Below are positions 41,190 through 55,895 of a stretch of 64,000 nucleotides of DNA, piece after piece (within the stretch, counting starts at the first letter, position 1; each line of letters opens with the position of its first letter). The notes under the pieces were generated by a model. It made no database searches. It was given only the letters and a program-made list of their open reading frames with translations, and was not told where the DNA came from. The stretch comes from Bigelowiella natans CCMP2755 (Eukaryota; Protista; Cercozoa): assembly GCA_000320545.1 (NCBI GenBank), contig ADNK01001328.1, positions 26,875 through 90,874 on the forward strand, written 5' to 3'. The translations under genes were made by a program, and so were the position numbers.

Positions 41190-44100
41190 TCAGCGATCGC
41201 ATTTGCAATGTGACATTTTTTTAAAGACTTCCTCAACTAAGATAGCCTCTCCAATCCGGATCATGTTGAGCCAAAACTCACTTTGAAGGAATGATTTCGA
41301 AAAGAAGTTTTTATCTTTTCCCGCCTCACTCCTCAATTTTACCAACGGAATTATCACTTGACCAGTCTCCTTATCGATAGTGTAGCTTACGAAACCCTAC
41401 CGGAAAATAATACTTAATTGTTGATCTATCACTTCGCTAAATCTCAACAATTACCCTCCTGCTGGCATTGTAAGCATCGACAAGAAACATATTTATCCGA
41501 TTGAAATCAATTCCTTCATTGGGAAAACCAAACAAAGCCATATTAATTAAAAGCAATATCGACTTCTTTCTTGTGCACACTGGTGGAAGATGGTGCTCAT
41601 AATGTTTCCATCGTAATGTTACAAAAGGAACCTGCAGCACGCGAGATCTCGGTTTCGGTCATTCCTAGCTGGCCAGTCTGCAAAGAAGTTGACGATGATG
41701 CCCCGACATAGTACAGAAACAGCAGCAGCAGGGGAAAATCAATTTACATCCTTACATGTTGTATTAATGCTGTTTGCTACACGATTATTCAGCAGTTAAT
41801 AAATGAAGGCTTGAGCTACTAACCCCGTTGAGTCTGGCACCTAACCAAGAGGTGCTCTCGTTACGACTCCCCTCTTTCTCCTTCTCCTCCTCCTCCTCCT
41901 TCTCTACAAAGAATTCAAAGAGTAGGTGCGATTGGACAGAGGAAGAGGGTATATCACTCCCACTGCCACTTTCACCGGCTTCTTCGCTACTCCTTGGTTG
42001 CCTTTCTGCTGTGAGGGGCTCTGCTATTTTGTTGATGTTGTTCCTTTTTTTATTTCTTCGTCCATCTGTATTTTTCATGTGTGAAAGTTTCTTTTTCTTC
42101 TTCCACTTCTTCCAACTGAACAACGGGGGAATGGCCTTGGTGGACTGATGACTGTCATCATTATCGCCGACAACTACCCCCCCCTTGTCAAACACATCCT
42201 TAAACTCTTTATCGTTAAGCTCTGGCCCTATCACTACAAGTTGGCTGCAAGGCGGTCCTATACAACAACCCAAAGTAGTATCACAGGAGGCAGAAGAGAG
42301 TAATTATGGTGTCGTGATAATTTTCTTAATTTGGTGAAGAGAATGATAATGATAGATGCTTGCTGCTACTTACTACTGGCTGATGCATGATTATTCTTGT
42401 GCTCATTGTGGTCGTTATGGTGGAAATGGTGATGATAAAGCTTACAGAATGGCGGAGAACAATGACTATGATGACAACAACGCCACATATTTCCACATCA
42501 TTCTTTGCACAGAGAATCATCATAATCATCATCATCACCATCGTGTCCTCCTCACCTGTAAAGGATTGCTCCAGTCGAAAATGAAAACGCCTTCTGCCAC
42601 TCATTTGCAGCACACATCTTCTATCACCGAATTCATGGATCCAGAATATCTGTGTGTGTGTGTGTGTGTGTGTTCTTGAGAGAGAGGGGGAGGGGGCTAG
42701 AGTAGAATTCCAACGCCTCACCCCCTTCATTCGAACGACTGTGCTTGGAAGCTTTGTGCGGCAAAAATCCTGTAGCGCCAGCAAAGAAAGAGGCCTTGTG
42801 CTATTTTCATACGAGAATGTCTTGTAGCTTTCTCCCGGTTTGTGTTGCTTCCGCTCTATTATTGTTAGTATTATTAGTTTTATTATTATCATCCATGATT
42901 CACCTATTGGTAGTCATGGAAAGCTACTGCTGCTGCAAAAAACAAAAGAAAGGGCAGTGCGAACTACTCAATCAGTGATGACGATTAAGGCAACCGTGAT
43001 CATGCCCGTGATCATGTCGGCGGTCTTTTTTCTTGCTTCGCCCCCGATGGGAGGATTTGTGCGTTAAGGTATCACTGCCATTCACGTAGAAAGCCTAATA
43101 AATTTGTAATGGCATACTGTAGGTTTGTTCTCTTTTACTATCCTTTTTCATGCATTCGAATTGTTTTCACAAGCATCCTTCACGTGGTCTATGATGTTTC
43201 CCATTCCCCCCCCTCCCCGCCCTCTTAAGTCATCGTCTATCTTACTAATATACCTGCTGAGAAGACTCATGAGTCACCACCGAGGACTTAACAAGGACCG
43301 AAGCATCATGCGTTGTTGCAAAAGACAAAAACTCAGGTAATGACTGAAGCGAATATGGCGCTGCTGCCGCCACAAGCACACAACGACTACGACTACCTTC
43401 GAAGCTAACCCGGAGGTCTCGTCAATCGAAATGTCCAAAATCTGTACAGCATAATTCATAATACTACTTACGCTGTGAAGCGTACTGCAATTATTATTAT
43501 TATTATTATTAATTTATGTGTGTGTGTGTGTGTGTGCGCGCGCGCGTGTGTGAGGGAAGGGGTTGCGAGTGTGAGATTGGTCGTTTGTAGAGTTACATTT
43601 ATTAGATGATGCTATCGTAAATATGATAGAGATAGAGATTTAGTAGCAGCATGATGATGATGACGATGATTATCATATTATTGCAATTACTATGAATTTA
43701 ATAGATGACAACACCTTGTTTAAAGCAACCCTAGAATACGACGTTGGATAAACCATTGTGCCCGGAGCAGCCTCTTCTGAGATCCAATCTACGAACAACC
43801 ATCGGCACTGAGTTCCATTTTGTTCACATTAGCCTCCTAGCGCTTGATAACATTTGCCACTCAAAATCACCAGAACGTACCGATCAGAGCCTCCAAGGTG
43901 GCGGGAGAAACTAATTCCTTCTTGTTGACTAGAATCACCTGATTGCAGGAAAGACATAATGACAATAACAATGAAGGGACGAGGACATATAGGCTGACGA
44001 TGTATACGTGCTATAGTGCTGCCTTTGCTGTTGCTGTTAAAGTTACACCGACGTCCGCACAATGAAGCTGAGAATCTACAATTTCTGGACGGCTTAGCTG

Positions 44101-44711
44101 CTGCTGTTTCTCATCATCATTCTGATAAATAATAATAAACATAATGATAATTGTATTAATGGCAGCAGTAGCCTAATCACACCCTACAAGAGTGTAGTAG
44201 TATATTGAAGCTGACAAGAGGCTATCGTACCCTATCTTCCTCCTTCGCATACATGCCTTCAGCGTCAGCATCGTCGCCACCACCACCACCACCCTTTTTC
44301 TTCTCCTTCTTCTCTTTCTTCCTCTTTGGCATCCACTCCGTCCACTGTTCGGCGTCTACAACAGTCACAACACAATCCAACCGAGCTCTGTACCTAATCA
44401 CAAGGCAACGAGAAATGCAATGCAGCACAGAGGAAGTAGCATTCAACAAGGTTTATTCCAAGAACTTATTGCACATTGTCGGGTGCATAGATAAGTACAG
44501 GTGTACATAAAAGCAGACATTTTGCCGAAGGTGCGGTCCAGTGAACGTACAATCGAGTGAGGATCGGTAATCCCTGATGTTTCGATCACCTTGCAAAAAC
44601 AACAACAACAACAATAATAACAATAACAACAACGTGGATAGTAGTGGATTACAGATGTGGGTTACTAACGTATCATTTCGGATGTACTTCATCCTTGATA
44701 GTAGTATTGCA

Positions 44712-44746
<35 letters not shown>

Positions 44747-45466
44747 GATATTCGATACGACCAACATCTACGTCTTTCTCTAGCATTGACCATACAGTTC
44801 TACCACGAGCCAGTATTCAGTCAACAACGATGATGGTGATGATGGGGAACGTGTTCTTATAACAATTTAGGAACGATTTGGTACTACCTTTCGAGATCCT
44901 TCGAAAGGGAGCAGCACATACACCCATTAGAAAGCTCCACAACTTCCTCAGCTGCTTTACCTTCGGAAATGTTCAGCACAACAAATTTATCGTTATTCTT
45001 CGCATATACCGGATTCCATACTCTTTTCTTGAAACCATCTATTTTACAGACAACCTGTAGTGCTTGAAGGAAGATTTAGCACTAGGTTTCCATCGACATT
45101 TAGCTCTGCAAAGTCGTTGACAGCCGCAGCAATCTGATAAAGAATTATAAGGTCTTTTTCTTTCTCCCAGCAAAGCAGGGACTACAATGCTTAAGCATGG
45201 GCAATTTGTGATTACAACCCTAAGATTGTGCTTGTTGGCAAGGATATGCCTCATGAGGGTGGTTTTGCCGGATCCGAGGAATCCTTAGCAGAGCAGAAAG
45301 AACAATGTTATATCGAGTTTATTGGCAGTGAGAAAGGAACCCGAAAGACTGCTTCCAAAAAGGTTAAACCTGTCACAATAACAATGGGGAGCGATCTCGA
45401 CTTGTTGGCGAAAACCAAACGGTTCTCGGCGCGAAGGTATAGGTTAACCCGTGATGCATCCGTCAT
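41190..45466 (-). CDS. CobW/COG0523-family P-loop GTPase (Zn metallochaperone-like) with C-terminal extension
   Basis: PIVIVTG|FLGSGKTTLMRHIL, AVNDFAELNVD, VVELSNGCMCC (CxCC), VIETSGITDP and RLDCVVTVVDA; CobW_C-like VVRMKG and SQLVVIGPEL. The 3' end is approximate. Confidence 0.85.
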
Positions 45467-45718
45467 TACTCTGCCTCAGTCCCACGCTTACCACCGATGA
45501 TGCACGTGTTGATTCATTAGGAATTGTCGCCTTGTGATCCGGTTATTCTTGCGACAATATATTTGTATTGTCGTTTAAGTAATAACCCCGTGCATTCTTC
45601 TGAATTATCATTTATTTGTCGTCTTAGTAGATTAGCATTGCATTCTTCTCTTTCTGCGCCAAGTTCCTTGTCGTCTTCGTAAATCACCCCTGCGTTCCAC
45701 CACACGCATCATCGTATT

Positions 45719-46300
45719 ATGAGCGCTGACCGCTCCTCCTCCTCTACCACAACTTCTACGTCTAATGCCACTCCCGGACTATTTGAGGATGTGCTTCTTG
45801 GAAAAGGGTCAGCTAAGGATCCCTACGTCCAACTGTCTTTGTACTCAAAATTTTATGCGGCTAGGATATCAAAAATAAGTGCGAAAGAGCCGAGGGTTAG
45901 TCAATTAATCATGTTAAATTTTACCCAGCTTTGCACAATCCATACCCATCGTGCGTGTGATAACACCCCTAAAAGAATTGCTTCATGTAAGGTATCACCT
46001 TTAAAAACACAACGAAACAAGGAACCCCAGATTAGGGATGCATACGTCTCCGAGGTACAAGAATAGTTATTAGTCGGTAACTTTATTTTATTTGACTCTT
46101 TATGCTCTCAGTTTACAGACGCTTTTGCTGATGAGCTTGACGGAGTTCGAAAAAGCTTGAAAGGAGAATTTGCGGGAAAAGAGATGGCTTTGTTGCTGGA
46201 TTGTATAGAGGATGGAATGAATTTCTACGATAAAAATGAAAAGAAAGTGTTTCAAGATGTTTACAAAGAGACAAGTAGTTGTCGAGAAAAGTACAAATAA
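45719..46300 (+). CDS. Small Rsa3/NOPCHAP1-like ribosome/snoRNP assembly protein
   Basis: The last exon FTDAFADELDGVRKSLKGEFAGKEMALLLDCIEDGMNFY resembles the Rsa3 domain pattern (T..F.DDLD.LR...DF.....L...L..G...F); recognised by eye only. Confidence 0.55.
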
Positions 46301-47164
46301 ATATGTGATCCCACGCCAAGATAGTAACATTCGTGGGACATTCGAATGTTGAAATAAGAAAAGACCGCCGCCAACACTAGAACATAATGCGCGCTATGTT
46401 ACAGGATTGATAAATCAATGTATAGCCACACATTTTAATCTGTGATACGGATGTAATGAACAAATAAATTTGTTAACCTGTAAGTGTCGTATAATGCGCG
46501 TGCCCGTCATCCAAGCGCATGGTATCGTGCATGCTAGCATGGACGCCACTGTAGTACTGCTAGCTAGCTGCTACGCGCGCTAGGTTACTTATATGCGGCC
46601 TACTATGCAACCATGCGTGCTTCATTCTCTATAGTACTCATTATACATGCGGGGACTGTCAGACTGGCTTACTGCTAGAAAAGATTGCATGCAGCTTACG
46701 CAGAGAACACTCTGTGACCTAGCCAAGCTAGCAAGGCTCTGGCTAGAGCTAGTCAAGATGATCTAGCAGAGGCTAAATTATGATTTGCTACTGCCAGGCA
46801 TGCATCTAGACATGCATGGACTAGTGGACGATTACAATGACAGAATGTATGAAGATATGAACGCTTTGTCATTGCAACGCCCATATATTGCTGTTGCAGT
46901 GGCAATCATTTAGTCCACTTCTAGACTTTCTCTTCATGCAAAATGCATTTGGTAATGTCTAGATGTAAAAACAAGCAAATGCGCACGTCCGCACGTGTAT
47001 ACACTCACATACAGAGTCTACCTAATTCTACGATTAATTTCTGAACATTTTATTGCTCTGTTCATGTATTTTGGAAACTCTATTTACTCCATGATCTGTT
47101 ACTAGTGGGAATGCTCACCTCGATAAAAACTAGGATGTTACTTTTCATTAGGACAAAATGTTAT

Positions 47165-47476
47165 TTACTCCACTTTCATCCTTGGCGTCACCGCCATGGC
47201 CATTAGTTCTTGGAAAAGGAGCTTGCATGCATACGGAATGAAAATCTGAGCAACCTGAATATCATCAAGGTTGGTTAGGGACGACTTCGTCAACAAGCTT
47301 GATTTTCAACAGTGACATGCAATACCTGGGTGGAGTTGCCACATCCTTTGCAATAGTAGCTTTTCTTTTCTAGATCGGCGGCACAGATAAGGCCACATTT
47401 TTCGCACACATGTACTTTGTATTTGTCCGAATGGAAGAATAGACGCTCCTATAGAATGAAGTGGGTAGAATATATG

Positions 47477-47508
<32 letters not shown>

Positions 47509-47509
47509 T

Positions 47510-47548
<39 letters not shown>

Positions 47549-50500
47549 TTACACCACAACATTCTAGATCGACGAGAGGACATATCACTTGGCCCTTTAC
47601 CACATTATAAACTCTATTTCAATCTCCACTAGTACTCCTACCCCCCTCCCCCCCTTCTCCCACTACCATCCTTACCCTCATCATCTGTGCAGCGCCATGA
47701 GATATCATGCAGTCACGTTCCATCTCTCCGAAACGCCCTCCACCACCGCGAGCTCTTCCCTCTAACGGTTGATGAGTGAGAATTTGGAGCTGCCCTCTTG
47801 CTCGTGAATGAATCTTGTCTTCGACCATATGCTTCAACCTCTGATAGTACGTTGGGCAGAGGAATATCATACAATCCAGCATGCGACCAGTGAATCCATT
47901 GTACATGACTTCAGCGCCTCGGTGTTGGTACCCACACATGTGCAGTTTCTCTGAAACTTGCTGCGCAGTGAGGTCAGTAAAAGGCGTCGCATCACCCTCC
48001 TCTCCAGTCAAACACGCCACTTTGCTGACCAGCGCCTCAAACAATTGGCCAATGGTCATACGAGAAGGCACGGCATGCGGGTTCATGACGATATCTGGAA
48101 CGATACCCTCCACGGTCCACGGTAGATCCTCTTGTCGATAAGTGATACCAATGGTACCCTTCTGCCCATGCCTAGAGCTGAATTTGTCGCCGATCTGCGG
48201 AATACGTAAAGAACGTACTCTCACCTTAGTGTACCTGTAGCCCTCCTCATTCGTCGTCAGGATGACTTTGTCGATGATTCCGTTCTCACTGGGACGAAGA
48301 GGGCGTGAGCTGTCTTTTTTCTTCCTTGTTTGCAGTTTCCCAGTCACCATGACGTCTAGGGAGGGGAGCGGAGTGGTTTTGCCTATGATGATGTCGTCAC
48401 CAAAAACCCTTGTACCAGGGGCAATCAAGCCGTCATCATCGAGTTTGGTGTAGTCTTTATCACGCATTCCAGTCGTTGAGCTGCTCTCCGGTCTCTCAAA
48501 AGTCTCTGCCATTGTCACCGAGTCTTTGGATTCGGTTTCTTTGTAAGTGCGGTAGAATGCAGAGCGGAAGAGGCCACGATCAATCGAGCTCTGGTTCAGA
48601 ATTAGAGAGTCCTCCTGGTTGTAGCCAGTGTACGATGCGATGGCCACAACCACGTTCTGTCCCGCGGGAAGCTCACTGAAGTACATGTACTTCGACGGCT
48701 GAGTGCGGACAAGCGGCTTTTGCGGATACTGCATGACGTGTGCTAGAGTGTCCATGCGGAGCTGGAAGTTCGTAATGTACATGCCCATCGCTTGCTTTCC
48801 CATGGCTGACTGGTACGTGTTACGGGGACTTTGGTTGTGATCTGGGAACGGGATGATTGACGCGCAAACCCCAAGAATCATGGAGGGATGAATCTCCGAA
48901 TGAGTATACTCTTGGCCTCTCTTCCTTCCGACCTCCAAGTCCTTGAGGGTCATTGCAATCACGGTTGTCTCTTCTTCTTCGGTATCGATGTACTCTATAA
49001 GTCCCATCTAAACAGTCAAAGAACAATAAAACGACGAAATGAGAATATATCAAGGTAATGGTGAACGAAGAACAGAAGCGCTAGTCTAAAGCTGCTGCAC
49101 TGCTCATCGAATAGCTTATTGCTTCTACTAACACTGAAACCTGGAGCAGGTCCTTCCAAGTGACTTTGTCTGGATGATCATCATCGAGTCCGATCCTTTT
49201 AATGTGACTCCTTCTCATCGCCAGCCTGTTACCCTGAGAAACCAAATAAACGAACATTATGGCTATTTCATATCAAGCACAAATTCACAGGTTTCTTCCT
49301 TAGAGTGAGCGTAACAAGCGCTAACCAACACAACTACAAGATGCAGCGGAACCGACCTCTCCGACGATGAATAGTGGACGACAACAACGGCCAGGATCAG
49401 TCCAGATACGCACTTCTCTATCCCGAATATCCCACACAATGGAGATATCCGCAGTGTTTTTTGTTACAGCGTCTTCACCATTTCCCGTAGATTCTCCCCT
49501 TCGAATCTTTCGCAGCTTATTGACAAGGTCAAGCGCATCGTTGTGGATTCCGCACCACATTCCATTGACAAACACTTTTGTTGAACCAGGGATAGAGTCA
49601 GGGTGAATGTCCTCCAACCCGTCCATCCCACAGTCCTCTGCAACATCTAAAATGTCTTCAGCATTCTCTCCCGTAGTTACATAAGCCATGAGTGTGAGGT
49701 GCTTCACCAAACCGACTGTTTGTCCCTCAGGAGTCTCAGCAGGGCAAATCATGCCTGTTTTTTGCAACATACACTATATCATATATACAGTGATAACAAC
49801 GATAATATCGTTTCTCGATTATCCAAACTTACTTACCCCAGTGTGTGTTGTGTAGCTGGCGAGGTGCTGCTAATTTAGTGTCCTTCCCTGTCGGGGAGGT
49901 CAGCCTTCGCAAGTGTGAAAGCATAGATGCGAATGATTGACGACTAAGGACTTGCGATACGCCAGTAGTCTTCGGCTGTCCTTGCCGGTTCACCTAGAGA
50001 TGAGAAATACATAGGAAGCGAGTTTGCGTTGAGTTCGCATTTTAAAGATCGATCGAGAGATAAAGAACATAAGGTATTGATGTTTTAAAATAATTTACAG
50101 ACCGTCCAATTGCCAGTCGCTAAAGAATACTGCAAATCTTTCGCAATGATATTTCCATCGATAGCAGTTTGGAGAATATTTAGAAACGACTCATGCCTGA
50201 TAGGATAATAGAGAAAAATGAAGCCTCAACATTATGGAGTAGATATATCAATTTATTTTCCTTAGAAGATACGTCCCGGAAAAATAGTATAGAATGTGTA
50301 GGGTTTGTTGCTTGACCTAGAGCCTGTGACTTTTCTCTGTAAAATTTTTTTACAATTTCTTAACATCTTGGCAAACGACTGTCGGAATAAATTTCCCATG
50401 AGCGGTCCAGCTAGATCCAAACGCTTATTCCCGTAATGGTCTCTGTTATACATATAATCAGGTTTAATTTTGATTTACTATGGCCCAGTGTGCATTTTGT

Positions 50501-51915
50501 TAGATTAATATTAAACGGAAAGCACCTGTCATCGTATTCGCGGCGGCTCATCACGCATGATAAAAGCCGATTTACCATATACCTGTTTCCACATTGTAAA
50601 TAACATCAACCAAGTTCGTTTCGTAATATTCAATCACAATACTCTTATTTTTGTGAAGATTGTTAGTTGCTACTATCTTTATTTTTTGGCTTAACGACCC
50701 TATGAAGTAAGCCTTTTCCGTGTCCAGTCGATCTTTTGTTCCCACATGCGGTAAGAATTGCTCCTTTAGAAGTTCTTTTGCGCGATCTATACGGCGCTGC
50801 CTCAGACAGCCAGGAGCTGTACTATTTTTCCCAATCCAATCAAGCGCCAGAGTCTTGTCAGCAATCACAGCTGCTTCTTCCAGGGAAGGTCTCAACATCT
50901 CCAGCATTTGACGATCTCCAAGGTCGTAGGCTATGTACTCGAGAATGTTTCCGTCAGAGACGATATTCAACGCCCTGAAGAGAATAACTATAGGAACCTC
51001 CGTCGTCACATTTGGTATTTCTGCTCTTAGAACCTTCCCCATGATTCTAGATTGCTTTGGTGGATTAACCAGTCGAATGTAAAAACTTGAAGGGGGGCGA
51101 TTTGTTCCTTCTTCCACAGACCGAATTTCGGCTCTATATTCATTTCCCTTGAAAATATAGACGTGATTCGTTGACATTCTTTCTTGAGCAACAATGACTT
51201 TTTCGCCGCCATTTATAATAAAATATCCCCCTTGGTCATACTCGCATTCTCCCATTTGATTTACACCCCTGTTGGTGAGTCCTCGAAGTAAGCAAGCTTC
51301 ATGTGACTTGACCATAACAGGCACTTTTCCAATGTATTTCAGCTTTATTTCTTCCTCAGTTTTTCTCCCGGGAATAGGATTATCGTCCTCGTCTAGTTCC
51401 TCTTCAGTATGCAAAATGTTGCACCGCAACGGAGCGGAGTATGTCATTCCACGAAGACGTGCCATGTGCGGAAACATTTTTTGTGATTTCTCATCATCTT
51501 CTTGTGTGGTAGGCTCTTGCAAGTGGAGTTTCTGGAAGAATACCTTGTGGACAACCTTTTTCACCTCGTTATTATCTAATTCTGCTTCTGGGTACAGCTC
51601 GATAGGGCGTGATTCTTTCAGAACATCAGGCATGGTGAATCGGACGAACTGGTCATATGAATCCAGCTGCTGTTTGCAGAGTCCATTCCTTTCGAAATAC
51701 TCCCCGATTACATCCCAAACATCCTCTTCTATAAGTTCTTCATCTTCTTCATCTTCATCATCGAGATGCATGCTTCCTTGGTATTTGGTTTCGACAGCGA
51801 TTTCTCTTTCCCCGCGCTGACTTGTTCCAAGAGGAGCCTGCATAGATGGGTTGTCCGCAGAGCTCCGTCCCAACTCAGCCTCTTCGGCATCTGTTGTTTT
51901 TCGGTCGTAATCCAT
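47165..51915 (-). CDS. RPB2: DNA-directed RNA polymerase II second-largest subunit
   Basis: [38 protein letters not shown]|[60 protein letters not shown] and [15 protein letters not shown]. Confidence 0.98.
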
Positions 51916-52327
51916 TTTTTTTTAATTGGATTAGATTCTCAAATTTTGGCTGTTTCAATCGTTCCCCCTATTGTTAGGGTGTAGAATTTCAACTAGTTCT
52001 ATGCCTGAAAAATAAAACATCTCATCATCATAAAACCCCCCAGATTCTATTGTAAAAATAACCTTAGGAAAAATCCACAATTGAATACCAAACCACTTCT
52101 AGACAGCCTGAAAAACTTAGCAGGAAGGCCAGCCTAACAGTGGGTGCGGATCTTCACGCTGATGCGTAAAGGAAATGTGCCTGAATTAATAAATAATGTT
52201 ACATGTGTTACATATTGGAATGCTCAGCTTACCCTTCCTAGAGCTTTACGGCTCACAGAAAATTATGTTGAGCTCAATAAATGAGGAAGGCCCTATCTCA
52301 AGCAGTGAGTTTCCGTGAACAGGCGCG

Positions 52328-53578
52328 ATGGGAAAGGGCGGCTTTCTCGCAGACCCTGTTGGGTTCTAAGAATTCAGCCTCTGGCCATTATTTTATGATT
52401 TACCGGAGAATAAAATATTGGGTGTTTTCTTCTGCGACAATAAAACTTTATTGACGTCAGTGATATTACATCACTTCTGTTTGAATTGTCTTCATTTTCA
52501 GACTGCGTCAAATGAGGGATGTCCTAATAATACATTTCCCTACATGCGACAAGGTTTGAAGCAGTAAAACCAGGAAGATGAAGGAGACTTATTATCCCTT
52601 CAAAATTCCACGTAGATGCATTAGATTTCCATTGATTTCATAAAAGCGACAATCAAAAAAACTCTGTTTCTTCTCAACCCATCCTGGCCGAGATGAGTGG
52701 TCTTGCGGAGCATTGCTGATGATCCTCTCGGCCTTGCTTCTCTAGCACATGCGACACTACCAATGCCCTTTGACACACCAAGAAGAATGCTCCGCGAATG
52801 ACACGAAAGGGCGTGGTTCCCGACACCCAATCGCGATTGCATGCGAAAATTGGAGCGAGGGCGATTTGACAAGAGTGGTAAACAACGTTAGAAGAATTTC
52901 CACAGTAAATGCCCAAGCTCTTTCGAGAGCATCTCGGCGAAACAATGGATGCCGAGGAGAAAAAAAATGCATCTATACCAAGCCCACGAATTCTGTAAAG
53001 CGCAATGAAGATCCAATGTACATTTAAATGCTGTCCAATTTCAACAGGACCTAAAAATCGTGGGAGAACCCTACGAGGTGGAGGAGACGAATATAAATAT
53101 GAACATGCTCTTGTTCAATAACACCCGGGCAGATATGTATTTTCGAGAGGAACTCCCGCATATCAAGGTACGGAACCTAACTGTCATGAGAATAGCCACA
53201 TCTGCCCCGTATTGAACTGAACGCGCAATTATACGCAGGTTTTATTTTCTAACCTCTGAGTAATGTCGGCGATTTGCAAAATTCTGAAGAATCAGTCGCT
53301 ATCAGGACACATCTTGTTTTTCCAGTGGAACACGCGGTGTCAGAACGCAGGGTCATCCAACGCGCATGTGGCTGCACCTATGTCTCTCTTCCATCATGCC
53401 TGCTTGCATGATTGGCGATTGCAACAATGGTGGTTTTTTTCCGCTTTTGATGAATCTTACTACAATATTCGCATTTAAGTTGTACACTATGAAACCGACT
53501 GAGAGACAACGACAACTTTAGATGCTGGTATGCTCTTTTCGTTGCTTGGCTGTTGCTTTCGTGACTGAGAAATCCTCT

Positions 53579-53617
<39 letters not shown>

Positions 53618-54458
53618 ACTCTTTTGCGATAGGCGTTGCTACTATCTGTTAGGTGGAGTCGAAGCAATCCCCATATCTTTGGGTTTCGGGGTTCCTGGCA
53701 ATAGTTCAGACGACGACGATCATTGGGAGGAGGAGGAATATGATGATGATAAGGGATAATAAGGGGAAATGAGTAGGGTATACGCATACAACAAGCAACT
53801 ACTGAATCATCAGTAGAGTACTACCACTCGAAGCTTGCTATTGGTCCCTGAGACCCCCCCTCCCTCTCTTTATTATTTAAACTCATGGTTCTCAACAGTA
53901 TTAGATACTGTGCTCCCCGGATGCAGGAAGGGGTGTGGGCATGGTTGTCTCTATACATCGACGAGACCGAAGAAGTCATCATCGAGCGGATATCCAAGGT
54001 CAGTGCTCCTTTCATAACCAGCACTGCTTCAATTACAAACGCTTCCATCTTAAGCTGCAACATCGCATATTCATCAGCTGAGCTGGCCGCTCGGGAAGCT
54101 GGTGTGAAGCCTCCTCACTGAGACGAAGTACTTCGATACGCTCTTTCCGCGCTTCTCGATCAAGTTGCAGCGCATGGTCAACGAGGGCATTAAAAAATGG
54201 GACCTGTCCCAAGGCCGCAACGACGGAGAAGACCCATTCGGTGGCGCCGACGGTCGTGATAGGTGATAGCGCCGATAGGCGATACGGTGGGGAGCGAAGC
54301 GACCACCGTCAAGATAGAGACGGAGGAGGGAGGGGCGACCGTGACAGGTCACGTGAAAGGTATCATCAGCACGCCTAATACCCCTACGTATATCTGATCT
54401 TCACACAGTTTTTAGAAATGACAGAATCAAAAATGAGCCTGATTTACGCCTCTTGTGG

Positions 54459-54501
<43 letters not shown>

Positions 54502-54693
54502 GTGGTGTAACGCAGCCAAAGAGATCGAAGCCGTGGTAAATCAAGGAGCCGGCGCAGCAGAGACCGGCGGTGGGGGGGGGAGCGCGATAGAGAAAGAGAT
54601 GGAGATCGAAGACGGCGGGACAGATCAAGATCTCGTGAAGGAAGAGGAGAACGAGACTGCCATCGACGCCATCGCAGCGATGACAGCAGATAG
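52328..54693 (+). CDS. Pre-mRNA splicing factor PRP38B-like with RS/RD-rich tail
   Basis: Exons NINMNMLLFNNTRADMYFREELPHIK, SPYLWVSGFL, IRYCAP..VWAWLSLYIDETEEV and SLLTETKYFDTLFPRF match the PRP38 domain pattern; RSRSR/RDR-rich last exon stops at 54693. The start is uncertain (52328-52750). Confidence 0.7.
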
Positions 54694-55895
54694 AGCGCTG
54701 CTGTCTCGCTCGAGATTTCTACGTGCATGTCACGACGACATGTTTTTCCCGTTTACCCACACGTGGAAAGACATCGGCGGGGGGGCGGGGGCACCAAAAA
54801 ACTCTGTGTCTTCTATGAAAACCAGATGGTTGATAGTATGCGCAGAGACTAGCTAACCTAGTTCTTTTGACGAATCTTGGTAATATGTCTCTCAGGTATC
54901 AATTTCAACGTACAAACACTTGGAAAAAGTGAGAAGGCATGCAAAAGTACAGTTCCACAGCCTACATGCATGCTGACGTGTGTCATTTGCGCACTACGCA
55001 TATGTCACATGACGTGCCAAAATGACTTGCAAGAGGCAGCACGCAGCACGTAGCATGCGTTTTGTGTTGCATGGGCAATGAGAATGGGCACTTATAATGA
55101 TTGCAACAAGCATGCACCACTAGCTCTAGAGCTATGGCTAGCTAGACCACATTGAACAACTCAAGAATGCAACACAGTGCCATGCGCATGCGCATGCGCT
55201 GTTGCGTATATGCATGCGATGCCTGGCTGCGTCTAGACACAAGCAATTGTTGGAATCCATGTTGTACACGTCGCGCTGCGCTAGATTACCATGTCTAGCT
55301 AGCTAGATGTGCATGCACATTTAGTTCAAACAGACCAGTATGTCTTGCAACAATTGAGCTAACCAAATAATCATGCAAAGCAGGGGCCACCCAGCCACCA
55401 TCAAAATTTTTGAAAAATAAGCAATCACATCTCCTAGAGACCTACACACACGTGTGAGCGATGCCAATGGTAAAAATGCTCAAAATGCAAGCGTCATTGC
55501 CGTCCAACCAACACATGTCCCTAAACTAGGACTGAGTCCGCCAATGCATTCTTCAGGGTGACACTAGCTGTGATCATGTGGCCCTCATTAGGCTGTGGAG
55601 CGCACCCGGGTTCAGAACACATGTTCTCTGGGACATGTGTCACTAAGCTCACATGTGCTTTGCAACATGTGTGCTTTAGGCTACAGATGATTTACGAACT
55701 TTGGACTCTAACGAAGCTGCGCAGCAGCCTCCACTTTCCCACCAAGGACCAAATACTGTGTCCCATGAATCATTAGCCTCAATGCCTTTCACCTTGCTTG
55801 CAATCTGCGTGTTTTATTTCCCAGCAAAAAAACAAATTGCAGCGATGATGTGGCGATTATCATGTGTACAAAGTGCTAATACATTTACTCACACG

